Assembly: GCA_016711045.1 (NCBI GenBank) | Contig: JADJTT010000014.1 | Span: forward strand, 12,602-76,601 | Source of the DNA: Saprospirales bacterium | GTDB lineage: Bacteria > Bacteroidota > Bacteroidia > Chitinophagales > Saprospiraceae | Direction of reading: 5' to 3' | DNA length: 64,000 bases | The notes under the pieces: generated by a model | Told to the model about the DNA's origin: nothing | Database searches by the model: none | The model's input: only the letters and a program-made list of their open reading frames with translations | Shown: positions 46,828 through 55,544 of the stretch, piece by piece | Numbering within the stretch: position 1 is the stretch's first letter | How the letters are laid out: each line of letters begins with the position of its first letter | Translations under genes and position numbers: made by a program

Positions 46828-46928
46828 AGTTTATAAGTTTATAAGGGTATACTGGAGAAAAAGTGATTTGACGGCCGTCGGCCGCACTAGTCACAAACCA
46901 CTTTGTTTCGAAAATAAACTTATAAACT
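46828..46928. repeat. 15-nt inverted repeat AGTTTATAAGTTTAT / ATAAACTTATAAACT flanking a GC palindrome, in the phaB/SSS divergent intergenic region
   Basis: The arms are at 46828-46842 and 46914-46928 and are exact reverse complements. The palindrome gacggccgtc lies at 46870-46879. Confidence 0.85.
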
Positions 46929-46935
46929 TCCCTAC

Positions 46936-48477
46936 ATGGCTTCCCCGCAAATGGTATGGGCTACAGCCCTCCTGGTGCTCCTGCTCGCCGCGTTGATCCT
47001 GTTTTTCGTCGTGCGTGGCGCCATGCGCACCACTTCGATGGCTGATTATGCCCTGGGTAGTATCCAGTTTTCGCCGGTGGTGGTCGGCTTGTCCCTGGCG
47101 GCTTCGATGACGAGTGCGGCGACCTTTATCATCAACCCGGGCTTTATCGCGCTGTATGGATTGAGCGGGGTGCTGGCCTATGCCATTGTGCTGCCGATCG
47201 GGATTTTTATCTCCCTGGTGGTGCTGACCAAGAGCTTCCGACGCCACGGCGCCACCGTGAAGGCCCTGACTATGGCGCAGTGGATCGGCAAGCGATACGA
47301 CAGCAAGGGTTTTGCCCTGTTCTTTGGCGTATTGTCCCTGCTTCTCCTCACCTTCATCGTGCTGATCTGTGTGGGGATGACGAAGGTCCTTTCCCAGGCC
47401 CTCAATGTCCGGGAACTCTATGTGCTGCTCGGCCTGGTGGGCTTTGTATTCGGATACATGATGTTTGGCGGGGCCAATTCCATGGTCTACACCAACGCCA
47501 TCCAGGCCATCCTCATGATCGTAGTAGCGTTCATATTGCTGGGTTCCGGCTACGAACATTTTAGTGAAGGGGTGCATGGCTTTCTCGATCGCCTGGCTGC
47601 GGTAGATCCGGTATTGACAAAAGCGGTCAACCCGCAGAGCTTCCTTTTTCGCGATTATTTTGAGATCATCTTTTGCTCTTTTATTGTGGGCGTGGCCATC
47701 GTTTGCCAGCCTCACATCATCACCCGGTCTTTGCTGTTGAAAAATGAATCGGATGTGAACCGGTACCTGTTGACGGGTATTGTCGTGGAAGTCCTTTTCT
47801 TTTCGGTGGTCTTTGCCGGACTTTATGCCCGCCTGGCCTTCCCGGACCTCACGCTGAACGGGGAGCGCATACCTATGGATGGCATTATTCCGGCGTATGT
47901 GGTGGCGGAGTTTCCCGTCTTTTTGGGGCTGATCGTCGTGATGGGCTTGCTGGCTGCCGGACTTTCCACCCTGGAGGGCCTGATCCAATCGCTTTCCAGC
48001 ACGATTACCTCCGATATCATCGAACCGCTGGCCGGCAAGCTGCTCGGCACAGAAGAAACACGCGGCAAACGGCTGGTCGTGCTCAATAAATTGGTGATCG
48101 TGGGACTGGCGGTGGTTTCGGTACTGCTCACGTACCAACAGTTGGTGAAACCCAACCTGAGCGTGGGTATCTTTGCGCAGAACGGGGTCTACGCTTATTT
48201 CTCGGCCGCCTTTGTGCCCGTATTGATGGGTATTTTCCTCAAAGACGTGCCCCGTATTGCGCCCATTGGCGCCTCCGTGACAGCGGTGTTGGTCCATTTT
48301 GGCTCCTACTACGGTGGCTTCACCTGGTATTTGCAGGACGTGGTCCGGAACCCAGCCGTAGCCGCCACCTATGCGATTTTGGCCTCAGTGGTAGTAGGCA
48401 CTCTGTTGTATATATTGTTCCGAAAAAAAGCTGTCCTACCAGCCCCATTAACTAATCCCGATGGTTATCGGGACTAA
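46936..48477 (+). CDS. Sodium:solute symporter family transporter (substrate unknown)
   Basis: 513 aa with about 13 TM helices and SSF-type helices (GGANSMVYTNAIQAILM...). Confidence 0.8.
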   Translation: MASPQMVWATALLVLLLAALILFFVVRGAMRTTSMADYALGSIQFSPVVVGLSLAASMTSAATFIINPGFIALYGLSGVLAYAIVLPIGIFISLVVLTKSFRRHGATVKALTMAQWIGKRYDSKGFALFFGVLSLLLLTFIVLICVGMTKVLSQALNVRELYVLLGLVGFVFGYMMFGGANSMVYTNAIQAILMIVVAFILLGSGYEHFSEGVHGFLDRLAAVDPVLTKAVNPQSFLFRDYFEIIFCSFIVGVAIVCQPHIITRSLLLKNESDVNRYLLTGIVVEVLFFSVVFAGLYARLAFPDLTLNGERIPMDGIIPAYVVAEFPVFLGLIVVMGLLAAGLSTLEGLIQSLSSTITSDIIEPLAGKLLGTEETRGKRLVVLNKLVIVGLAVVSVLLTYQQLVKPNLSVGIFAQNGVYAYFSAAFVPVLMGIFLKDVPRIAPIGASVTAVLVHFGSYYGGFTWYLQDVVRNPAVAATYAILASVVVGTLLYILFRKKAVLPAPLTNPDGYRD

Positions 48478-48562
48478 AAACTAAAAACTGAAGACTCTCC
48501 CCCTCCCCTCCGGTCTCGACATCGCCTATGTCGACGAAGGCTCCGGCCCGCAAACCCTGCTG

Positions 48563-49321
48563 TTGATACACGGCATGGGCAGCAATTTGCTGGGTTGGCA
48601 GAAATTGATCGCCGGGCTCCGCGGGCAGGTGCGCTGCATTGCCTTCGATTTGCCCAACTATGGGGGCTCCACCCCGGGTAATTTTTCGTCGACCATGTCC
48701 TTTTTTGCCAAAGTCGCCTGGGAATTTGCCGATCAATTGGGGCTATCCAGCCTGGCGCTGGGGGGCCATTCGATGGGGGGGCAGATTGCCATGATCATGG
48801 CCCTGCAGCGGCCTTTTGCGGTGGAAAAACTGATTCTATGCTCCCCGGCTGGTTTTGAGACTTTCTCGGAGCCGGAGCGGATGGTGCTAAACAACATCTA
48901 TGCGCCTCAGCTGCTTATGGCGCTGACCGATGACCAGATCCGCCAGAATTTCTATGCCAATTTCTTCCGGTTCCCTGCCGATGCGGAATTTATGATCCAG
49001 GACCGACTCCGCATGAAAGAGAGTGCCCAATATGAGTACTACTGCCGCATGATCCCCAAATGTGTGACCGGCATGCTCGACGAACCGGTGTACCCTTTTC
49101 TGCCCTCCATTCAGCAGCCCACCCATATCTTTTACGGCCTTCAGGATCAACTCATCCCCAATCGCCTGGTACACCCTATGATGCAGACCAAACAGATCGC
49201 CCGCCGCGGCGTGCGTAACCTGCCAAATGCCCACCTGCATCTCCTCGACCAATGCGGTCATTTTCCGCATTGGGAACAGGCGGATAAGGTGCTACCGGTA
49301 GTGCGGAAGTTTTTGAGTTAA
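48563..49321 (+). CDS. Alpha/beta hydrolase. The conserved sequence extends upstream to 48485, so the true start is unresolved
   Basis: Nucleophile elbow GHSMGG. It is a paralog of 54476-55432. The in-frame upstream sequence KLKTLPLPSGLDIAYVDEGSGPQTLL aligns to the paralog but contains no ATG, GTG or TTG (only CTG at 48488). Confidence 0.8.
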   Translation: MIHGMGSNLLGWQKLIAGLRGQVRCIAFDLPNYGGSTPGNFSSTMSFFAKVAWEFADQLGLSSLALGGHSMGGQIAMIMALQRPFAVEKLILCSPAGFETFSEPERMVLNNIYAPQLLMALTDDQIRQNFYANFFRFPADAEFMIQDRLRMKESAQYEYYCRMIPKCVTGMLDEPVYPFLPSIQQPTHIFYGLQDQLIPNRLVHPMMQTKQIARRGVRNLPNAHLHLLDQCGHFPHWEQADKVLPVVRKFLS

Positions 49322-49549
49322 TAAAGTCCACCTGCCTGGAAATTAATTTCAATCTTTTGTAAATCAATTTTTTAAGGCAAATATTTCCCTGAAATCCCCA
49401 CTCAGTCAACCCCTGTTTTTTGCGCTTTTCGAGCCGAAATTTCTTGGGCGACCCCTATCTTTTACAAAATTTACGTGTGTAATCATTGAATTGAAATTGG
49501 ATTGATTAGGGCGAGTGTTTTATTTTCAGAATTTTATTTCACTGAAAAA

Positions 49550-50548
49550 ATGGATAACCTGCGGAATGCCAATATCATAAGCACGGGCGCCTATGCCCCG
49601 GACTGGGTGCTGCCCAATGCACTTTTCGACGAATTGTTGGGGGAGGAGGTGGACACCTGGCTGCGGGAAAACGTTCATATATATGAGCGGCGCTGGTGCC
49701 GGGAAAACGAGAGTACTGCCGACCTGGCCGAACGGGCCGGAAAGCAAGCGCTGGAACGGGCAGGGGTGGAGGCAGGGGCGGTGGATCTGGTCATTGTGGC
49801 TACCGATACGCCTGAGTTTGTTTCGCCATCCACCGCATCGGTGGTGCAATACCGGCTGGGTGCAAAAAACGCCGGGTCTTTTGATATTAATACGGCCTGC
49901 GCAGGGTTTGTGACGGCACTGGATATGGGCGCAAAATACATTCGGGCTGATGAGCACTACCGCTACGTGCTGATCATTGGCGCATACGCTATGAGCAAGT
50001 ACCTGAATAAATCCGATAAGAAGACGGTGACGCTGTTTGCAGACGGCGCCGGCGCGGTCTTGCTCGGTCCGGAGACACGGGAAGGTTTTGGTCTGCTGGC
50101 CAGTCAACTGATCTCCGAAGGTCAATACAACGGGTGGATGGGGATCTACGGCGGTGGCGCACACATGCCGACGGATGAGAAGGTGCTCGCCAATCACGAC
50201 CATCAATTGAAATTTGTGCAAAAATTTCCGCCTGAACTGAATCCGGAACACTGGACGGCCATGACGCATACGCTGAGTCAGCGCATTGGAGTCCCGGTTT
50301 CGGAGGTCGACCATTTTTTTATCACCCAAATCAATATACACAGCATTTGGGAGACGCTCGACCGGCTGGGCGTACCGCGTGAAAAGGGACACACGATCAT
50401 GCACTATTACGGCTATACGGGCTCGGCCTGCATCGGTATGGCCATGAATGATGCCTGGGAAAAAGGGATATTGAAAAAAGGAGACCTGAGTTATTGTATC
50501 GGTTCGGGCGGGGGATTGGCGTTTGCCAGCGCCGCCATCCGGCTGTGA
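49550..50548 (+). CDS. KASIII (FabH)-like thiolase-fold protein retaining the Cys but lacking the catalytic His and Asn
   Basis: NTACAGF contains the Cys (codon 49898-49900). An 82-residue gapless alignment to the E. coli FabH C-terminus (from memory) puts Thr (50324-50326) at His244 and Tyr (50414-50416) at Asn274. Confidence 0.85.
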   Translation: MDNLRNANIISTGAYAPDWVLPNALFDELLGEEVDTWLRENVHIYERRWCRENESTADLAERAGKQALERAGVEAGAVDLVIVATDTPEFVSPSTASVVQYRLGAKNAGSFDINTACAGFVTALDMGAKYIRADEHYRYVLIIGAYAMSKYLNKSDKKTVTLFADGAGAVLLGPETREGFGLLASQLISEGQYNGWMGIYGGGAHMPTDEKVLANHDHQLKFVQKFPPELNPEHWTAMTHTLSQRIGVPVSEVDHFFITQINIHSIWETLDRLGVPREKGHTIMHYYGYTGSACIGMAMNDAWEKGILKKGDLSYCIGSGGGLAFASAAIRL

Positions 50549-50567
50549 GACATTGAAGGAATAAAAA

Positions 50568-52063
50568 ATGAAACAACTCCAACAAGACTGGGCTTCCAAA
50601 TGGGCCGTGTATAGTCCCGACAGGGAGGCGTTCAAGGAATACGAAACCGGGCGCACCTGGACCTACGGGCAACTCAACCGGATGGCCAATCAGGTGGCGC
50701 ACCATTTCACAAAAGATCGCCACCTGCAAAAAGGCGATCGCATCGCCGTGCTGGCGGAGAACTGCCTGGAGTACATCCTGCTCTTTTCAGTAGCCCAAAA
50801 AACGGGTATCGTGCTCGTTCCCCTCAACTACCGCCTGGCGCCGGCGGAGATCGACTACTTACTGAATGCCGCTGATCCACGGATGATTATTTGGGAGGAA
50901 AAATTTGAAACATTGCTTACTGCGGCGCCCCATTTTGAAGGCATTGAGCAACATTTGCCGATGGGCGAGTTTTCGGGATTTGCGGATCCACATCGCGAAA
51001 AGGGTGGACTGGATCGCTTTGAGCCGGTTGAGGTAGAAGAAGACGATCCGGTATTTATCTTGTTCACTTCCGGCACCACGGGCTTTCCCAAGGGCGCCCT
51101 GTACACCCACAAGATGTTGTTTTGGAACAGCATCAATACCGCGATGAGCCTGATCCTCAACACCGAGAGCCGCACGATCAATGTGATGCCGCCCTTCCAT
51201 ACGGGAGGCTGGAATGTATTCACCACGCCTTTTTTCCACCACGGGGCGTTTATGGTGTTGATGAAAAAATTTGATCCGGAAGCGGTATTGCCCCTGCTGC
51301 AACGCGAACAGGCCACCATCTTCATGGGGGTGCCGACCATGCTGAAAATGCTGACCGATCTGCCCGGGTTTGACGAAGCCGATTTTTCTGCACTCTACTA
51401 TATCATCGTGGGTGGAGAACCTATGCCCATCCCCCTTATCGAGCGCTGGCACGAAAAAGGCGTAGCCATTCGCCAGGGTTATGGACTGACGGAGGTAGGC
51501 CCCAACCTGACCTCGCTCCATCAACGGGACGCTATCCGGAAAAAGGCTCGATCGGGCGCCCGAATTTCTACGTGCAGATCCGGATCGTCGATCCCGAGAC
51601 CGGCGCCGAATTGGGCCCCAACGAAGCCGGGGAATTCCTGCTCAAAGGCCCTATGGTGACTCCCGGTTATTGGAAGAATGAGGAGGCCACCCGAAAGACC
51701 ATCGAAGACGGCTGGTTTCACACGGGCGATATGGTGGTCCAGGATGCAGAAGGGTATCTCTATGTGGTGGACCGCATCAAGAATATGTTTATTTCCGGCG
51801 GCGAAAACGTATACCCGGCAGAAGTGGAGCGCGTGCTTATCCAGCACGAGAAGGTAGCAGAGGTCTGTGTGGTTGGCGTTCCGCATGAAAAATGGGGCGA
51901 AGTCGGCCGTGCCTTTGTCGTCCGTAAATCACTAAGCCTGGACGAAGCCGACCTTCTCGCCTTTTGTCAAGGCAAACTGGCAAAGTTCAAGATCCCCAAA
52001 TCGGTCGTTTTTCTGGAAGCATTGCCGAAGAATGATACGGGGAAGATTAATAGGATTCTTTAA
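50568..52063 (+). pseudogene. Adenylate-forming acyl-CoA ligase (AMP-binding family) with a -1 frame break
   Basis: FTSGTTGFPKGA, GYGLTE, then the frame is lost at the A5/G2 run 51540-51546 (...DAIRKK | GSIGRPNFYVQIRIVDPETG...). It continues GDMVVQDAEGYLYVVDRIKNMFISGGENVYPAEVE and PKNDTGKINR. Confidence 0.85.
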
Positions 52064-52101
52064 AAAATTCGTGATTATTTAATTTTAAAATTCAACAACG
52101 T

Positions 52102-52734
52102 ATGAAAACACTGAAATGGGTAATTCTTTCCCTGGCTTTAGTAACCGTAGCTACTACCTGGTATTCCTGCAAGGATGAGGAAATTGCTACTTGCGACGAC
52201 GGCATCATGAATGGCGACGAAACAGGCATCGACTGCGGAGGCACTTGTGCTCCTTGTCCGACCTGTAATGATGGCATACAGAACGGCGATGAAGAAGGCG
52301 TAGACTGCGGTGGTCCCGACTGCCCGGCTTGCTATGTAGCCCTTCAGGATACCAGATGGCAGTCTTCCGGCGCCAATGTGGCCCCCTTGCTGGTGGCACT
52401 GTTCCAGACAGACTCCATTTATGCGGAATTCGGCGGCGACTTTACCTACAAGGTGGAGCAATTTGATGCCCTTGGTGCAAAAACGGAACTTACCGGGACC
52501 TATTCGCAAGCAGCATCTTCTGTGACCGGTATCTGGACGATTGTCCTGAACCAGACTACACCGACGGCCATTACGGCAGAAGGTATTTTCCAAATTACAG
52601 GAAACGAGATGAAATACGAGATCGTACAGACCAACCCGCCTGCAGGCACCCCGCCGACTCCTGAAGCCGGGTTTGGCAGCACCAATGCCGGCGCACTTGG
52701 CACGATCAACGTGCAGACGTATGTGAAACTGTAA
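52102..52734 (+). CDS. Lipoprotein with a tandem Cys-rich motif
   Basis: Lipobox TWYSC. Two copies of C-[DN]-DG-I-x-NGDE-x-G-[IV]-DCGG-x(1,2)-C-x(2)-C, followed by a beta-rich domain. Confidence 0.65.
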   Translation: MKTLKWVILSLALVTVATTWYSCKDEEIATCDDGIMNGDETGIDCGGTCAPCPTCNDGIQNGDEEGVDCGGPDCPACYVALQDTRWQSSGANVAPLLVALFQTDSIYAEFGGDFTYKVEQFDALGAKTELTGTYSQAASSVTGIWTIVLNQTTPTAITAEGIFQITGNEMKYEIVQTNPPAGTPPTPEAGFGSTNAGALGTINVQTYVKL

Positions 52735-52741
52735 ACAGTAT

Positions 52742-52846
52742 GCAGTGTGCAGTTTTCAGTTGGCAGTTTTCAGTTGGCAGTGTGCAGTTGGCAGTGTGCA
52801 GTGTGCATCATACTGCCTACTGAAAACTGCCAACTGTCAACTGTTA
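52742..52846. repeat. 15 heptads of the CAGT family with a strand-symmetry switch (GCAGTNN x9, then ACTGNNN x5), capable of forming a long hairpin
   Basis: gcagtgt gcagttt tcagttg gcagttt tcagttg gcagtgt gcagttg gcagtgt gcagtgt gcatcat actgcct actgaaa actgcca actgtca actgtta. It starts 8 nt after the lipoprotein stop. Confidence 0.95.
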
Positions 52847-52861
52847 ATAAAATTTTCAAAA

Positions 52862-54427
52862 ATGAAACCCAGCCTATTTACACTACTAATGCTTCTCCTG
52901 GTTTCCTGCTCTTTATCCGCCCAACTCCCCCCTTTCTTCGGGCAATTGGACCAGAAGCTTCCCGAAAAAGCCGACCGGGAGTTTCAGTTCCTGGCGTTTT
53001 ATTACAACCATGGGATGTTCACCAATATGTATCCCAAAAATGACTTTTTGAAAGGGCAGATCATCGGACGATTATATGGGCAAAACACGACCACGACCAG
53101 CGATTCGTTGCGGCCGTTCTTTTTTGAGCAGCGCCTTTTGCCTTTCTTCATTTATCAACCCAAATTATTTAACGGCAAAGCCATACTCCGGGCTTCCTTC
53201 GAGATCGACTGGACCTGGGGCGACGTGGCATATGGGGTAGGGGGCAACTTCGGTTCGGCGCCTTCGGCCGATCAGGTCAATATCCAAACCCAGAATGTGG
53301 AGTTGGAGCTCATCCCCGCCAAAGGCTGGGCCGTCAACCTCGGCCTGCAGCGCATGTACGATACACCCTACAACCCTTACCGCACCTTTTTTGAACAAAT
53401 GACCACTACCGGCTACCGCCTGATGTATTGGGGCACCGATGGGGTGGGGATCACCGTGCGGCACGACAAAGACTTTTCCCACATGAAACTGGGCTATTAC
53501 CAGTTGTACGAAAACAACGTGGAGGAGAACGACGACGTCACCCTGACGGAATTCACGTATTTGCAAAACCTGGGCTGGAGTGTCGACTGGGGTGGATCGG
53601 TCTACTACGTGCGCGACCGGGCCAATGGAGAAGGCGGTCCCTCCGTGTTGGGACAAGGGCTCAACAGCATCCTCAATGGCTATAACGGCACCTACCGGTT
53701 TCCGTTTGGAGGCGACCCCTACAAAGCCGATATAGTCTGGCTGGGCACTTTCTTTGGCTACAACAGCCATTATATGATGGGCCCTTGGTTTGCCAACGGC
53801 TTTGTAAATGTCAATCTGGGCAACGCCCGCACCTATGTGGGTGGAACGAAGAATCGGGACATTTCCATCCTGGGAGTGGGCGCCAATCTGCGTGCCGGCT
53901 ACCGGTACGGCCAAACTACCAACGACGCCATCACGGTGGATCTGCTCTATACCTCCGGCAACAAAAACGGGATCTCCGACAAAAAATATACCGGCGTGCT
54001 CACCGGAAATATGTGGGGTACTCCTGCGGGCCTCTATATCAGTCATGGCGGTTACCTGCTCTTCCCCCACGCCAATGTGGTGAACCGCTATATTTCCGCC
54101 ATCACCGACATATCCAACCTCGGCTACGGGGTAGCGGGCGGTACGCTCAACCTGAGCCATGACTTCATTCCGCACAAAGTGCAGGGCAAGGTCGGCACCG
54201 CTATCGCCTGGAGCAATATTGCTTCTCCCAACGCCGGTAAATTTATGGGGGTGGAAGCCAACGGAAAGGTCGGTTACCAGTTGGGGCCCTTCATGAGCCT
54301 GGAATTGCACGGCGCCTACCTGTGGCTCGGCGATTTCTACGACAGCCGGACGGTCAACGGCGACCAGCCCGAGCGGCCGGTGAATCCGTTTACGGCGTTT
54401 TTGGCATTTCGGTGGCTGATGTTTTAA
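52862..54427 (+). CDS. Outer-membrane beta-barrel protein (521 aa), function unknown
   Basis: Signal peptide MKPSLFTLLMLLLVSCSLSAQ, alternating beta-strand pattern rich in Y/G/N, and a C-terminal ...FLAFRWLMF. The 52745 ORF start is just a translation of the heptad repeat. Confidence 0.65.
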   Translation: MKPSLFTLLMLLLVSCSLSAQLPPFFGQLDQKLPEKADREFQFLAFYYNHGMFTNMYPKNDFLKGQIIGRLYGQNTTTTSDSLRPFFFEQRLLPFFIYQPKLFNGKAILRASFEIDWTWGDVAYGVGGNFGSAPSADQVNIQTQNVELELIPAKGWAVNLGLQRMYDTPYNPYRTFFEQMTTTGYRLMYWGTDGVGITVRHDKDFSHMKLGYYQLYENNVEENDDVTLTEFTYLQNLGWSVDWGGSVYYVRDRANGEGGPSVLGQGLNSILNGYNGTYRFPFGGDPYKADIVWLGTFFGYNSHYMMGPWFANGFVNVNLGNARTYVGGTKNRDISILGVGANLRAGYRYGQTTNDAITVDLLYTSGNKNGISDKKYTGVLTGNMWGTPAGLYISHGGYLLFPHANVVNRYISAITDISNLGYGVAGGTLNLSHDFIPHKVQGKVGTAIAWSNIASPNAGKFMGVEANGKVGYQLGPFMSLELHGAYLWLGDFYDSRTVNGDQPERPVNPFTAFLAFRWLMF

Positions 54428-54475
54428 ACAGGATTCATCAGGATGGTTTTAGATCAACAGGATTAATTTCAGGAT

Positions 54476-55432
54476 ATGAAAAAGCTATATTTCCTAGGTG
54501 TTGTTATTTCGATGATCCTATCGGCTTGTGGGGTGCAGAAAGAGCTTACACCCTTGCAGTCGATGGATGAGTTGCCTTATCCCTATGAGGTCAAAAAAGT
54601 GGAACTCCCGGAGGGGATTAAGGTAGCCTACGTAGATGAGGGGAAAGGGGACCAAACCCTGGTGTTTATCCACGGGTTGGGTAGTTATTTGCCGGGGTGG
54701 AAGAAAAATATAGAAGGCCTTAAGGGGCAATTCCGTTGTATCGCCATTGATCTTCCGGGGTATGGCAAGAGCAGCAAAGGCAAATACGAAGGAAGCATGC
54801 GTTTTTATGCAAAAATAGTAGCGGAACTTATCGACGAGTTGAATCTCGGCAAGGTCACCCTGGTGGGGCATTCGATGGGTGGGCAGATATCCATCGTCAC
54901 TGCGCTGGCGTATCCCGACAAAGTGGATAAACTCGTGCTCGTGGCGCCGGCGGGATTCGAAACATTTACCAAAGGGCAGCGGCAATGGTTTCGGGAAGTG
55001 ATGACAGCCAATGGCGTTAAGCTGACCACGGTGGAGCAGATCAAGATCAACCTCGCCTACAACTTCTACCGGATGCCCAAGGATGCGGAGTTTATGATCA
55101 CCGACCGGATCAATATGCGGACGGCAGCGGATTTTGATGCCTATTGCTACATCATTCCCCAATGCGTGCAGGGCATGGTCGACGACCCGGTGTACGAGTT
55201 TTTGCCGCAGATCCAGCAACCGACACTGGTTCTATTTGGTGAAAACGACAACCTGATCCCCAATCGCTTCCTCAATCCCGGCGCTACGGAAAAAGTAGCC
55301 CAGGATGGCGCAGGCCGTATTCCCCATGCTACCTTGCATATGGTGCCCAAAGCGGGGCATTTTGTGCAATTTGAGCAACCGGATGCGGTGAATGGGTACA
55401 TTTTGCAGTTTGCAAAGGGCAGTGTGCAGTAG
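54476..55432 (+). CDS. Alpha/beta hydrolase, lipoprotein form. Paralog of 48485-49321
   Basis: Lipobox ILSAC, GHSMGG, and colinear similarity to the first hydrolase along the whole length. The last 5 codons and the TAG stop lie inside the heptad array. Confidence 0.85.
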   Translation: MKKLYFLGVVISMILSACGVQKELTPLQSMDELPYPYEVKKVELPEGIKVAYVDEGKGDQTLVFIHGLGSYLPGWKKNIEGLKGQFRCIAIDLPGYGKSSKGKYEGSMRFYAKIVAELIDELNLGKVTLVGHSMGGQISIVTALAYPDKVDKLVLVAPAGFETFTKGQRQWFREVMTANGVKLTTVEQIKINLAYNFYRMPKDAEFMITDRINMRTAADFDAYCYIIPQCVQGMVDDPVYEFLPQIQQPTLVLFGENDNLIPNRFLNPGATEKVAQDGAGRIPHATLHMVPKAGHFVQFEQPDAVNGYILQFAKGSVQ

Positions 55433-55544
55433 GCAGTGTGCAGTAGGCAGTGTGCAGTATCCAGTGTGCAGTAGGCAGTGTGCAGTATCCAGTGTGCAGT
55501 AGGCAGTCTGCAAACTGCCCACTGCAAACTGAAGACTGCCTACT
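55419..55544. repeat. 18 heptads of the CAGT family (GCAGTGT/GCAGTAG/GCAGTAT/CCAGTGT, then GCNNACT), including an exact 28-nt (4-heptad) duplication
   Basis: Units start at 55419, 55426 ... 55538. The 28-mer gcagtgtgcagtatccagtgtgcagtag occurs twice (55447-55474 and 55475-55502). The second half is complement-like. Confidence 0.95.

Noticed and set aside
48485-52063. OleB-OleA-OleC-like olefin/beta-lactone cluster (alpha/beta hydrolase, thiolase-fold enzyme, AMP-dependent ligase).
   Set aside because: The thiolase-fold protein lacks the His and Asn that OleA retains. No OleD-type reductase is adjacent. A 228-nt gap separates the hydrolase from the other two genes. The ligase is shorter than I recall for OleC. 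I kept it only as a comparison in the module finding.
52745-52861. N-terminal extension of the outer-membrane barrel ORF ([21 protein letters not shown]...).
   Set aside because: It is merely the translation of the CAGT heptad array. A proper signal peptide starts at the ATG at 52862.
52742-55544. Insertion sequence or MITE, with the two heptad arrays as terminal repeats.
   Set aside because: I found no transposase, no defined terminal inverted repeats and no target-site duplication. The arrays are related in unit composition only. The cassette idea is kept as a hypothesis in the findings, not as a mobile-element call.
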